Source: Antedon mediterranea
Lineage: Eukaryota; Animalia; Echinodermata
Direction of reading: 5' to 3'
DNA length: 64,000 nt
Assembly: GCF_964355755.1 (NCBI RefSeq)
Contig: NC_092670.1
Span: 19,516,795-19,580,794 of the forward strand
Positions 51,201-63,367 of this stretch are shown here, in pieces. Under the pieces are notes generated by a model that had not been told where the DNA came from, ran no database searches, and saw only the letters and a program-made list of their open reading frames with translations. Within the stretch, counting starts at the first letter, position 1. The number at the start of each line of letters is the position of its first letter. A program made the position numbers and the translations under genes.

Positions 51201-54200
51201 TGTATTCTTTGGTTGTTGCTAAGCGTTGAACAACATTCAAGATCTAGTGAGCCATTGAGGTTTCTTTCCTCCAGCATTTTTTGCCGCTCTGAGTGGATCA
51301 TCTGAATTGCATCCCAAATGTTGGATGAGTTTTTACAATTCCAGTAATCTAATGCCACTGTCCTTAACTAAAGAAAAAAAACCCCTTTGTTAATATTTAA
51401 TAATACAGTATGTATACAAATGAAAACAAACTTGGAAACGTTGATCATTTTATGCTTGCTTGTATTTTAAATGTATTTTAAAGATGTATTGTCCCTTTGA
51501 CTAATTCCAAAAAAATAAAAAATAACAGATTTCGAAGAAAGGTGGGTCATTTTGAAGTATCATAATAGTTATTAACTATCACCAAAAATTTTTCGAGAAC
51601 AAAATAATTTAACTGAAATACAGACGTTTTTTTGTTAAAAAAATAACTTTGACTTCCAGTCAAAGTTTTCAATCAAAACATATCTCATAATGAAACGCGC
51701 TTGTTTGGCTACTCTGTATGCATAGTCATAAAACTTCCTTATGATCTGTGTGAAAATACCTTCTTAACCGTGACGAGTTGTAAACAATCCTAATTTAGCA
51801 TATGCATAATGCGTACTCATGGTTTGAAATCTTTGTTTACTTTCGCTCGTGACGATTTTCCAGATGAAATGTAATCAAACTAATTTACCTGTTAATTACG
51901 TAAACTTGTTTTTGGCTCAAGTTTTCGACTTAAAGTGAATAACTTTAATATTACTTTGATATGGCCACTTAAAATTTAGAATATGTTGAACTTCATTTTT
52001 TTGTGTTTCAAGGGACAATACATCACTATGTATTTTATCTGTATTTTAAATGATGTGTTGTATTTTACAAAATTTTAACCTTGTTAACTAATTTTTATAT
52101 TTTTATGTGAATTTTTAACTTTGAACAAACAAAAATAATTTCAAACCATGTACATATTTGTGTTTGACCATGAATAGTGAATGAAATGAAACCTAAATAT
52201 CCAAAGACACTATACATATTCTTCATGCAAACCTGATTCTCTGTATTGTATCTCCACATATGGAATAATTTGTCCATAATTTGTCCAGTATAATTGCCAA
52301 ATTCTGTAATACAGTATGACATACATTATATATGTACAACGAGTACAGTGAGTGAGTGTGGCCGAGCGGTTAAGACAGTGGAACCGAAATACATAGCCAT
52401 AACATTGGCATGGGTTCGAGGCTCACTCGCTCCATGGTTCTGGTGGTAGAACGAGTCTTCTCGGATAAAAACTATAAACCGTAGGTCCAGTGTACATCTG
52501 GCTCATGTGAACTTTAAAGAACCTAGTACATCTTTCGAGACAAGTAGGGGGTTACCCCGGTGTTCATTCATACACACACACTGTCATGGACAGACGTATT
52601 GGCGCCGTAGTTGGCTGCAGATGACACAATGGGACCCTTAGTGGAGCAGTAGCCTTCAACTATGAAGTTTGCTCCTTGAAATAGAAGAAAGAAGAAGAAA
52701 GCATCACACGTGGCACCCACATTTGTTGAGACTGGGCTTAAAGCCTGTATGATACATCTTACACTGTATTACAGAATTTGTCTGGATACAGTACCGAGAA
52801 TCTTCTATTTTTTAATGGTACTTACTAAATGAAAATTATTGCCAAACATTGTTTCTTCTTGATGTGGTGTAAAAAATAATAGTGTTGGGCCTTTTGAAAA
52901 TAGACTGGAGAAAATCAAACTTTTTCTGAGTGTTGGGACTAGCCACTTTACAGCCTTAAAGAGAGAAAAAATAAAATGATTATTATAAATCATAGAAATG
53001 CTTCTTAAAATTCAAATCTATGAAGGCTGAATCAAGAAACATTGCTGAATCATCCTTAAGCCGAATTGTCCCTAGTCCGAATAGTCCCTGGTCCGAGTTG
53101 TCCCTGGACCGAATTGTCCATGGGCGAATTGTCCATGGGGCAAATTGCTCCTGAGCCCAATCATCTAATGAGCCGAAATGTTCCTGAGCCGAATCATCCC
53201 TAGTTCAACTGTGAATAAATCATATCTACTGTACCTTTTGTTGATGTTTATATGCCCAAGATACTATCATCTTGCTATTATATGGTAAATGCCTTGGATA
53301 AACCTGGAAAAATGAATTCATATTTTTAATGATGTTACAGGCTACTCGATTGGTCTCTTTCACCTGTTAAACATTAAATAATATACCCCTATTATTTTGT
53401 TATTTTGTTTCTATTGCTTACATTATTAGGAGTTATTAAGTTAAAATCATATACTGTACATCTGAAACCTATTGGAGGTACACATTGGATATGATTTGGA
53501 TTATCTTAACTATGTTCTACCAAGGAAATCTAACAACAGGATGCTGAGCTCCTGAGATCAAAGGGTTTACATCTGTGGTTGCAACACGATCAGTTCCACA
53601 CCTCTTTACAGACATCGCGCGCGCCGCATAGAATATGCAGTAAAGTACTGTTGGTATTTATCGCAACCAGACATAAGATCAAAAGACTGTTACGAGTTCT
53701 TATCTTGGCAAGGCAAGCTCATTGTCCTATTGCTTTGGTTCTATGCACACTTAAAGACCCCTTCCCTGCAATTTTGGACGTTTTTTGGAAAATAATACAT
53801 ATATATCATTTTAAAAACATTAAACCATGTCATTCCTTGTCTTAAATGTACGTTTTATGGTAAATTATGATAAAAAGTGAAAAACAATGCACTACCTAAG
53901 TAGCTCGCGGCGATCGACCTCTCGTGGACGGTCTTAGGCCTAGCCTAGCTAGGCTTAGTTTTGTAGGCCTAGCTGGTAAACATCGGTAACGTACGAACAT
54001 CGTACGCTAGCTATATACCTAGCCTGACGTCGTATAGTTGCTGCATTAATTGTCTTTCTATTTTTGCCAGACTCCGTTGATACAAATTGGGGAAAACCCG
54101 GTATTTTCGCTGAAAAGTTAGGAGTCTTCCATTTGTTTTGGCCTCTCACGATCGATCGAAAAGTGGGCGAATTACAGGTGAAAAACAAAAATATCAATCC

Positions 54201-56384
54201 GCGCGCAATGCATTTTGGGATTTATAGCGGGCCGCTATAATTATTAGAATCGACTTATTTTTCACATTTTTAACCGTTTAAAGACGAAAAAAGTTATCGC
54301 AATAGGACCATATAGTATTATTTTTACATTAAATATAGTTTGTGATCTTAAATTAGATCTAAAAAACGTAGGGAAGGGGGCTTTAACTCTAGTGTGTATT
54401 AACACAGCAAACAGTACAAAAAACTTACTAATGATACATTTAACATCCGTCTTAGCTGAGTATCTTGTGAACGGATCATTGAAAGACTTCTAGCCACCTG
54501 ATTGTTTGTTATGATCCCAAATACGATAGGATTAATTGGATCTTTTACTACTGCTCTTACGGAAGCTTTGAAAAAGGATACAAAACCAGATGGTTCCTGT
54601 AATGTTCCATTCAATGAAGGTAAAAAGTTGAAATAGGCAATTACTGAAACCTACAAGAAAAATAAAATGTATGTACTGAATTCTATAGCTACACAAATAT
54701 CAAAATAGATGTTCAGTTCAGACTCTCTTGCCATAGATTGATCAACAACACTGACACTATTAAGCTCTGTCTACACTATCAAATTGTATGTGACAAATAT
54801 ATTGACATGATGTCATATCACTACCACATTTGGGCAGATCACACTTTTTTTGTCAAACTAGTTTGATAGTGTAGACTTTATAGTATTTGTATAAACAAAT
54901 ATTTTCAAATAAACTTACATCATGTTCAGCAGAAAACAATTTCAGACTTTGCTTATCTTCTATGAACGTAAACGGATTTATGACACGTTGGAGAAACATG
55001 GTCATACTCTTTTCCTTCAGTAGTCCGGTGTATTCAAGCTCGCCAAGAGTTTGGTGGATCAGAGTGAACATGGGGTAGTAGTTGAGGACTCGCTGACGGG
55101 CACAAACGCCATAGGGCCACCAGCAATTGACAGCAAAGAATTTCACATCCTATTAACATAAAAAAGATAATTTATATTAGCTGGATGTTGTAATAATAGA
55201 TCATCTCTGATCAAGCTGTGAAATGGTATAATATTTTGAGGTAATAGGAAAAGGAGAAGGAAAATATGCATCTACGATGAGATCACCATATACAGTGGCG
55301 TAACACAGAGTCTTAAATTTGGCAATGTACTGCAATTGGCTCTCCAACACTGGGGACAGAGGGTCGAGAAGGGCCTGTTGGAGCAAAGTCACCAGCCTTT
55401 TTAGCCTATTTAATTCTTCTTATCTGGGGTTAGTTAGATTATTTGTACAATGATTATAGCTTATCATCAGTATATTGTTAGAACTATATGTTTACAACAA
55501 ACCTTGCAGACCATTTTTCTAGCGACATTTTCAAACTCTTGTGCAGCACTCAAAGAGGTGCCATCCCAGTGAGCATAAAACATTACCATCACAAAGTCAA
55601 CTTCTCTGAATTTTAAAAGTTCCTCCACTGCCACCATGTTACCATCAGAAAACTCTAACACAGGTGAACCTTTTTGAAAGACACGTTGTGGCATTGGAAT
55701 AGGATCAACATTTCTGTATGAAAAAAAAATTATTTTACACAAACATTACATTACATATTATTACGTTACTATAATAATATTGTGTTACAGGTTGATCGTG
55801 CAGATAGTCAATGTTCCGTGTTGAAGCTATTAGCATGGAAAACTGCATCTAAATCATTGTTTTCTAAAAAAATTAAATTTAGTAATAATAATAATTAATA
55901 TGTGTGTGTATTAAATTCTGTGTTTTGCTAAATTCTATCAAATGTATTGTAGTAGTAGCAATGAACGACCGAGCTGATAGAAAACTTTACATTTATGCCA
56001 TGAAGAAAGTATGCACACCTTCTTGAATCTTGATAGCAAATATTAAGTCATGATTAAATTGTACGTGCACACTTGACTGTGTTAATGAATGGTCACTTCC
56101 TGCCGAGACCGCCTTGGGCACCACCATACTGTGACTCTGCTTTCTAAAATTAGTAAAATTATCTTTTCGCAGACTTACCTACTACTACTAAACCCTGAAG
56201 GTTTCATAGCTAGCAATGTGAATATAAATGCCACAACAAAACACCATGTTTGTGGACTCTTTGCCATTTTCAAAACAATCCTTGAAACAAGTTTCCAGAT
56301 GTGTGTGCAAACCAGATATAAACCTTTTTTAAATCTTTTAATCAAAGGCCTAGTGAGCCTATCAAGGCCTACGGTCCATACCAT
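48288..56384 (-). CDS. TXNDC11: Thioredoxin domain-containing protein 11
   Basis: Approximate exons are 56384-56179, 55713-55503, 55149-54918, 54650-54428, 53303-53235, 52955-52824, 51368-50688, 49746-49530, 49146-49028 and 48462-48288. It has an N-terminal TM, a first Trx fold (FYAHWDGTS...FFAVNCWW), a second Trx fold (YYAPWCGLC) and RIDGDANDLPWQF. Some exon edges are approximate. Confidence 0.82.
49373..49495. mobile_element. MITE, AGCTCTGTCTACAC-TIR family
   Basis: TIRs are present at both ends. Confidence 0.75.
50473..50626. mobile_element. MITE, AGCTCTGTCTACAC-TIR family
   Basis: TAA|AGCTCTGTCTTCAC ... GTGTAGACAGAGCT|TAA. Confidence 0.8.
51482..52023. mobile_element. Kolobok-like non-autonomous element
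   Basis: TTAA|AGATGTATTGTCCCTT ... AAGGGACAATACATC. It has the same TIR as 2260-2607 but a different interior. Confidence 0.65.
52352..52700 (+). mobile_element. Full-length tRNA-derived SINE with Deu/Nin-like core
   Basis: A box TGGCCGAGCGG, B box GGTTCGAGGCT, core TAAACCGTAGGTCC...TTAAAGAACC...TCGAGACAAGTAGGGGGTTACCCCGGTGT (resembles the Deu domain from recall), and a (GAA)n tail. Confidence 0.75.
53058..53200. repeat. Short tandem repeats of about 17 bp (CCGAATTGTCC(C)TG)
   Basis: Directly visible. Probably a MITE remnant. Confidence 0.65.
53755..54382 (-). mobile_element. Kolobok-like element, inverted copy of 19166-19791
   Basis: TTAA|AGACCCCTTCCCTGC ... GTAGGGAAGGGGGCT|TTAA. Confidence 0.82.
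54763..54876. mobile_element. MITE, AGCTCTGTCTACAC-TIR family
   Basis: The left TIR is intact and the right one is truncated at GTGTAGAC. Confidence 0.65.
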
Positions 56385-56818
56385 AACCTAGGTTTCAGCC
56401 TTTCGGCAAAATCATGTTATTTGTTGCCATATTTATTCTCTAGGCCTAGGCCTAGCGTACCCATTTTAAACAATCATGCACACTGCAAATCGTGGGTTTG
56501 CACACATTTTTATCTGAACTTTGAACCATAACGTGGCCGTCTTCGATTTCTCGCCTTTCGTGTCGCAACGTCATACGTCTTCGTCGTCGTCGTATATAAC
56601 ATTATAAATATATTTTTTAAAATTATTTATAACCAATACATTTAAATATTTAAAAAAAGAATATATATAAATTATTAATATTATTTAATAATAATATTTT
56701 TCTAACTGTTTTTAGGAAAAAATTAATTTTTTTTAATGTTGTTATGTGTTATATATAATGATTAGTGTGATCGAGGACACTTTAGAGTACATTTTTCTTT
56801 TTGCCGTATGCTCTCATC
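56385..56818. promoter_or_regulatory. Compact bidirectional promoter of TXNDC11 and RPL3, with a TCT/5'-TOP-like pyrimidine tract
   Basis: The divergent ATGs are 435 bp apart. TTTTTCTTTTTGCCG lies at about 56792-56806, just before the RPL3 ATG, and there is a CpG cluster at 56530-56592. Confidence 0.65.
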
Positions 56819-59800
56819 ATGGTTAGTCGTGATTTTGTGTGCCTCAAATATCTCATTTTTAAATGTGCTTTTGTGGTACATCTACGATTAATGTTAGAAG
56901 TATAGATATAAATAAAAGTTAATATTTAATAAGAGTACCTTATTTTCTGTGCATATATAATTAAATAGTGTGATTTTAACTTATTTCATTGTTAGTTTAT
57001 TTTCAAAATTAGGCCAACTATACAGTACGCCTACTACCCCAGGCAGGTCCTACTATTCTAGTAGGCCTACTAGTTAAAGCCTGGCTGGCAGTTTATCATT
57101 GCATAATTATGAGTATGAAATCTATTTTGCAGAAATAAATGTGTGAATCTGTACAGTGAGTGAGTGCTAAATTGATTAAACTAAACTTGAAAATTTACAA
57201 ATATATTTCATTCCAGTCGCACAGAAAATTCTCGGCACCACGCCATGGCTCCTTGGGTTTCTTGCCACGCAAGAGGAGTAGACGCCACAGAGGAAAGGTG
57301 AAGGCTTTCCCAAAAGATGATGCATCAAAACCAATTCACTTGACAGCATTTATTGGATACAAGTCCGGCATGTCCCACATTGTACGAGAAGTTGACAAAC
57401 CAGGATCAAGTATGTTGCAACTATAATAGCTTTGCATTTCTATCCGATTACATTACAGTTAACTCCGAATGACTTCAGTATTCTCTTTTCTAGGCCCTAT
57501 ACTTTTCTCTTATCTTATATACGAAAATATGACACATACCTATCTTAACCATATTTATCACTAAACACAAGAATTAGTGAATATTTATACTTCGCAATGT
57601 ACAACTTTTAATTGCCTTATTTATATTTACAGAGGTGAACAAGAGGGAAGTTGTAGAAGGTGTAACAATCATTGAAACTCCACCAATGATCATCGTCGGT
57701 GTAATTGGATACATTGAGACACCCAGAGGAATGAGGTCATTGAAGACAGTCTGGGCTCAACATTTGAGCAATGACTGTAAAAGACGCTTCTACAAAAACT
57801 GGTAAGATAGCCCACATAGTGAATATTCGTGACAACATGACTGTGTTTTATGGTAGACCTGTACCAATGCATTTGTCAGTTAAATGAAAATGTATAATAA
57901 AACATTAATATATTAATTAATAACTCGAGAATCTATTATTTCAAATGACTAAAGATCAAATGGCGAATTTCTATTGCCTCTGCAATAACATTTTTGCTAA
58001 TTGTTCAAGATGTTTATTACTTGTCAACATTGTTATTAACCATTTATTTTGCTCTCCTCTCAGTTTTGAAACTGACGAGAGCATCATGCACCCTGATATA
58101 GGCACTTCCTTTCAAGGGCTCCTCTTGTGTCATCAGCCAGTGATGAGCCTTACTTAAATGAAGCCGTGACCTCCCCAAAGGTTTCACTCACCTTAGTTCT
58201 TGTCTCCTCTCAAGTCAATTGATGAGGCTTCAACCTGATGATGATCCTCAATCAGATGCCCTACCAAAAGCAACCCTTCAAAGGCTCCTCTCGTGGCATT
58301 AGTCACTGATGAGCCTGACTCGAGTCTCCGCTCATATCATTGATGAGGCTCTCCCTCAAGTCCCTCCCTCATTTCTGTTCTTATTTCCAAATAACTGAAG
58401 GTACTGTGCCAAGAAGAAGGCATTTACCAAGGCATCCAAGAAGTGGGAGGATGAAGTTGGAAAGAAGGAGATTGACAAGGATTTCAATATGTTGAAGAAA
58501 TACTGCTCTGTCATCAGAGTTATTGCTCACACCCAGGTACTACAAAATGCCTTTTCTTGATTATTTAGGCATTGGCGTTATTTTCACTGTATTGCACATA
58601 TGCCTTGGTAGCCCACCCAGCCCGCCTTCACCTGATGCATTGATATCGTATTAATAGTTTTGTTTGTATAATATGTAGATGAAGTTGATGAACCATCGAC
58701 AGAAGAAAGCTCACATCATGGAGATACAGGTGAATGGAGGTGACATTGCTTCCAAGGTTGATTGGGCAAGAGACAAACTGGAGAAGTCTGTACCAGTGTC
58801 TGAGGTTTTTGGAATGGATGAAATGATTGATATCATTGGCGTTACCAAAGGAAAGGGCTTCAAAGGTATGGTGTTTTTATGTTTTTTTAATTTAAAATAT
58901 GCCTTTAAAAATGGTTGTTTTTGTCCCAATAAATTTCCATACCCCTGACTGTCACTTGCACTACATAGTTTTCCGTAAATTAAAGACATGCGTCTGTCTA
59001 ATGTTTTTATTGAGTTGAATTTACATGATGAAACACATGGAATGTGTCTTTCTGATTTCATTGATGAGACTATCCATGCTGCCTTCCTTCTGATAAGAAA
59101 ACTTCTCAATAGTCACTCAAATCTGTAGGATTCTCTTTAAAAACTGGATTCACAGCAAGCACTGAATACAATAGACAATCATTCACTCGTATGAATACAG
59201 CACACAGCTCTTTTTGTATACACTATTGACATCTTTTCCAGTTTTAGAATAGTAAAGTTAACTTTCCCAATACCAGAATCTCCAAAAACCAGAAACTCGG
59301 CCTCAACCAGACTTTATTGAAAACATTCAGATTACCAGACTTTACACATTAGGTAACTGTATTTAACTAGTGACAATAAGATGCGTTTTGTGTTGTCTTT
59401 CAGGTGTAACATCTCGTTGGGGGACCAAGAAGTTGCCACGCAAGACGCACAAAGGTCTGCGCAAGGTTGCATGTATTGGTGCATGGCATCCTGCCCGTGT
59501 GGGCTACGGTGTCGCACGTGCCGGACAGAAGGGTTACCATCACCGAACTGAGATCAACAAGAAGGTTTATCGTGTTGGTAAGGGGTACCACATGGAAGAT
59601 GGTAAGCTGATCAAGGGCAATGGAACAACCGCTGGTGATGTTACCGAGAAGTCTATCAACCCAATGGTTAGTGGTCTTACAGTATTTTTAATCTTTCACC
59701 AATTTTTATCAGAGATTTGTGTTGTTGTAGTGCTTATTTGTATTGGTGCAATTTTTACTGTTTTATTTATATATATGATTTTATCTTTCAAAACAATATT

Positions 59801-60648
59801 TCTGTGTATTTTTTAAAGATACTATGACAATGAATTCGATTTTGGTTGTACAGTAATTGTTAACAGAAAATACAACATTTGTTATATTTGTAGATAGATA
59901 TGCTTTTGGTAATGATTTTTACATTATTTTTTTTCAGGGTGGATTTCCTCATTATGGTGAAGTGAAAAATGACTTCCTGATGGTGAAAGGTGGTGTGATG
60001 GGACCAAAGAAGCGTGTTCTTACTTTAAGAAAGGTATGTTTAATTTTAAGACTATTTTAGACTAATTTAAAAGGTGCATAATAATTGTGTTTAAGCTGGA
60101 ATCTCCACTTGCATAGTTTTTATTTCTTGCCATTGAGGTGGGTTATGTTTTTTAATGTATTTTCAAGTAAATAATGATGAAACACATGGAATGTGTCTTT
60201 CTGATATCTTTGATGAGATCATCCATGCTGCCTTCCTTCTGATATCTTGAAAATAAATAAATATACCCACAGAGCACTATTAAAATACTTTATTAGAGAC
60301 AGTGGTTGTTAAAGGGATCTGATTTTCCATTAAGTTAAATTCAACCAGGAATCAATATTGTTTAATTATTTGTATATCTAAATTTTATTCTTAGTCGCTC
60401 CTTGTTCATACCAAACGTGCTGCTATGGAGAAGATCACTTTGAAATTCATTGATACAACTTCCAAATTTGGTCATGGACGTTTCCAGACCCACAGTGAGA
60501 AGCAAGCCTTTATGGTGAGTAAAATTTGAAGAAAAAAATATAGTGATTGACAAGAAAATATTTATAATTTTATTTTTATTTGTAATTTTTATTTTCATTT
60601 ATACAGGGACCTCTCAAGAAAGACAAGCCAAAAGAAGCAACAGCATAG
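56819..60648 (+). CDS. RPL3: 60S ribosomal protein L3 (uL3)
   Basis: Exons 56819-56821 (ATG only), 57217-57409, 57633-57801, 58401-58536, 58679-58865, 59404-59666, 59938-60033, 60395-60514 and 60607-60648. Sequence reads [21 protein letters not shown]...[13 protein letters not shown]...[10 protein letters not shown]. Confidence 0.97.
58064..58400 (+). promoter_or_regulatory. Putative alternative 3' splice site / poison-exon extension of RPL3 intron 3
   Basis: Strong acceptor TTTTGCTCTCCTCTCAG at 58063, in-frame TAA at 58155-58157, and a weak canonical acceptor AATAACTGAAG at 58400. Confidence 0.6.
59026..59093 (+). ncRNA. SNORD83: Box C/D snoRNA, U83/SNORD83-like (RPL3 intron 5)
   Basis: Box C ATGATGA, D' CTGA, C' TGATGA and D CTGA. 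The guide GCTGCCTTCCTT is complementary to 18S AAGGAAGGCAGC. Vertebrate RPL3 hosts U83A/B. Confidence 0.8.
60174..60242 (+). ncRNA. SNORD83: Box C/D snoRNA, second U83/SNORD83-like copy (RPL3 intron 7)
   Basis: Near-identical to 59026-59093, with the terminal stem TTTCAAG...CTTGAAA. Confidence 0.8.
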
Positions 60649-60839
60649 ATACAATGAGAACTCACTACGGTACATCTATCATAAGGCAAAGTTATTAAAA
60701 CCAACTATCATGCTTATATTCTTTTGAATTTGAGATAAATATTAATAACATCAAAAAGCTATGACAAATGAATAAATGAAATAACATGAAAAATAGATAT
60801 TTCTCTTTGCCTTTTTATTTCATTTTTTAAACAGTATTG

Positions 60840-61040
60840 AGGCCAATTTACACAGACTAGCGGTAACTGTAACAAAAATATAGAATGTGTTATTCCTTAA
60901 GACCATTTACACACAAGATTCATTGTAATGGTCCAATTTAAAATGGAAATAATGATGGGTAGTTTCCGCTCAGGATAGATTCTATGTGGGACAAGCTACA
61001 CTGTTTTGCTTACCGTTACCGCTCATCTGTAAATTGGCCT
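60840..61040. mobile_element. Harbinger-like MITE
   Basis: AGGCCAATTTACA...AGCGGTAAC is mirrored by GTTACCGCT...TGTAAATTGGCCT. Confidence 0.65.
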
Positions 61041-61559
61041 TTAAGATTTATTTAAAAGCAGTGGACAAAAGGACACAAATTTATGCATACATATGAGCTC
61101 GGTATACACTTGTAAATTATCTGGACTATATTATTTGATACTGTATAATACAGTATTTGTCTGCCGTTGCCAAAACAAAAGCTTGCTTATTTAATTACGG
61201 TACTGTAATACAAATGTTTGTGCTGAACACAAAACATAAGAAGCCTAAAGCATATTTTAATTGGTTACACAATTTTTCAAGTCACAAAAAGTAGTTGAAA
61301 ATGACAATACACATGCTCGCTTGTTAACATTTTCCATTCGCCAAATGGATATTGTGGGCTTAAAAGTAACCAAGAAAATGATGGAAGGCCTAGAGGAACC
61401 ATCAACTGACATGGCTGAATAATTGCATTTTCTAACTGCTATTTGTTGCTGAAGCATTGTTGTACATTAATTCCCACATCCAACCAGAGGATCATCGGAA
61501 TTAAATACTAAGAAGTTTAAATTTTTTTTTTAATTTATAAAATAAAAAAACAAAATATA

Positions 61560-61718
61560 AACAGCGCCCCCTAACGGGTTGTTTGAGTTCGACGGCGGCG
61601 ATGACAAATTCGTCAACATCCGTTTTTTAGGTACCGAATAAAATCGTGGAGTGTGTGAAAGAAGGGGTCTTGCTAGGCCCAGGCTAAGATTGGTTATCAT
61701 AATTGTACGTTTTAAAAG
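61560..61718 (+). promoter_or_regulatory. Probable promoter and first non-coding exon of a downstream gene, with a CTCF-like motif
   Basis: CpG-rich patch, CAGCGCCCCCTAACGG (CTCF-like), donor AAG|GTAAGC at 61718, and a TAGGCCTA-rich downstream region like other first introns here. Confidence 0.35.
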
Positions 61719-63367
61719 GTAAGCGGGTGTTAATTACTTGTTAATTGTTTATCAGTAATGGTATAAAATAGCGCCGAATCTACTCTAGGCAGAGGGACGA
61801 CGTGTGTGTGAAGGTATAGGATAGGCCTAGCCTAGGACCTTTTTTAGTACTTTACTACTTTAGGCTCTCCGATCTGGTCGCACTCTATAGGGTTCACCCA
61901 CTCTAGGGGGGTCTAGCTAGTAGGCCTACGTCGGCAATATCGTCATTAACGGGGCGAGGTGATCGGTGCTACAGCCTACTCTGAGGAAAGTTTTTATTTA
62001 AGCAATAAGGCATAATAATTCTGCCGTCAATTTTCTCGTTTAAAACATAGATAGGCCTAGGCTAGGCTAAATAAATACAAAAAAAATGGCTAGGCCTAGG
62101 GCCAGGCCCTAGTTATTATTCTTTTTTTAGCTAGAGGCCTAGGTCCTAGCAGGAAGAAGGTGGGCACTGGTCTGTATTTATAACCGTTTATTTATAAATA
62201 ATATACATAAATAAGGTTTTAGGTATCAAACTTTGGTAAATAAATAGGCATACTGACTGAAAATAATTTACCTTGCGCAGTTTAAAATTTTCTGGCAATT
62301 TGAGTGTAATAAATTTGCTCAAGAAAATCCCTGCGTAATTTCAAATTGCACCAATCATTCAAATTGCGAATAACATGTTAAATACCAATTCTCGTGAACA
62401 CTCTAGGCTAAGCGGGGATGACTAATATTAATAATGTGTGTACGTTACGGTGCAAATTAAATCAAGTGACTAAGTAAGATTCAGTAAGTAAATTACTTTT
62501 AAATTAGGCCTAGTCCTTATCTAAAAAAAGACATTTTTTTAATACAATTTAGTATCTGTTAGTTAGGTTATGATTTTATTAATGTTTTTAAACGAATATT
62601 TCACAATGTGAAAACCGTTATTCTTGTGCTGTTGTTACATGTAAACTTTCTACAGTTATATTACCTCTTTACAACATTTTGTGTTTATACAAAAACAGTA
62701 AATCCTGCCTGTAGGGTCTTTATATGCTACCATATTGTATCAATGTTTGTTATATTACATTATGTAATCAGGTATTCAATGGTGAATGTCAAATGCATAA
62801 AAGGACATCAATTTAATTCTAAAAATATTTACATATTGTGGTTTTAAAAAACCAGACTTCCTTATTCTTTGCTCCAAAATGTCCCAAATTCTCTTTATAT
62901 TGCATAAAAAACTTGCTAAAATACAGATTTTCAAGAGTTTCAATTCAAAGGAATACCCCCTAGATAAAATAGTATTTTACGAGAGTATACTTTATACATA
63001 AAAATGTTAAATAAAATAAAATAGTATTATAAATAGGTTAATTGAGGTTACTACAGATAAAACGTCTCATGAAAGAACGGAGTTATCTCTTTGACAGAAA
63101 ATTAAGATGAATACTGTACATTTTACTGTATTTTTTGGTACATTTAAAAACACAAATTACTGATGTTGAATGACAATATTTTAATTTAGAAAGCTGCCTT
63201 AATTATAGTAGTTTATTATTATTTTTTAGCACCTTCTAAATCCATTAATATACTGTAAAATATTGAGATTTTTATACACATACTTTTATATATAAATTGT
63301 ATTGTTTTTTATTGATTGTTTCTATGAATTTTAAATCAACCTGATCCATTTATATTAATTAATCATA

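Noticed and set aside
52352-52432. Functional tRNA gene
   Set aside because: A and B boxes are present but the cloverleaf is not intact, and it continues into a SINE body.
56822-57216. U43/SNORD43 homolog in RPL3 intron 1
   Set aside because: I could find no C/D box pair with a recognisable 18S guide by eye.
58070-58350. Hammerhead ribozymes from the CTGATGAG/CTGACGAG motifs in RPL3 intron 3
   Set aside because: No GAAA core follows a stem II at the proper spacing.
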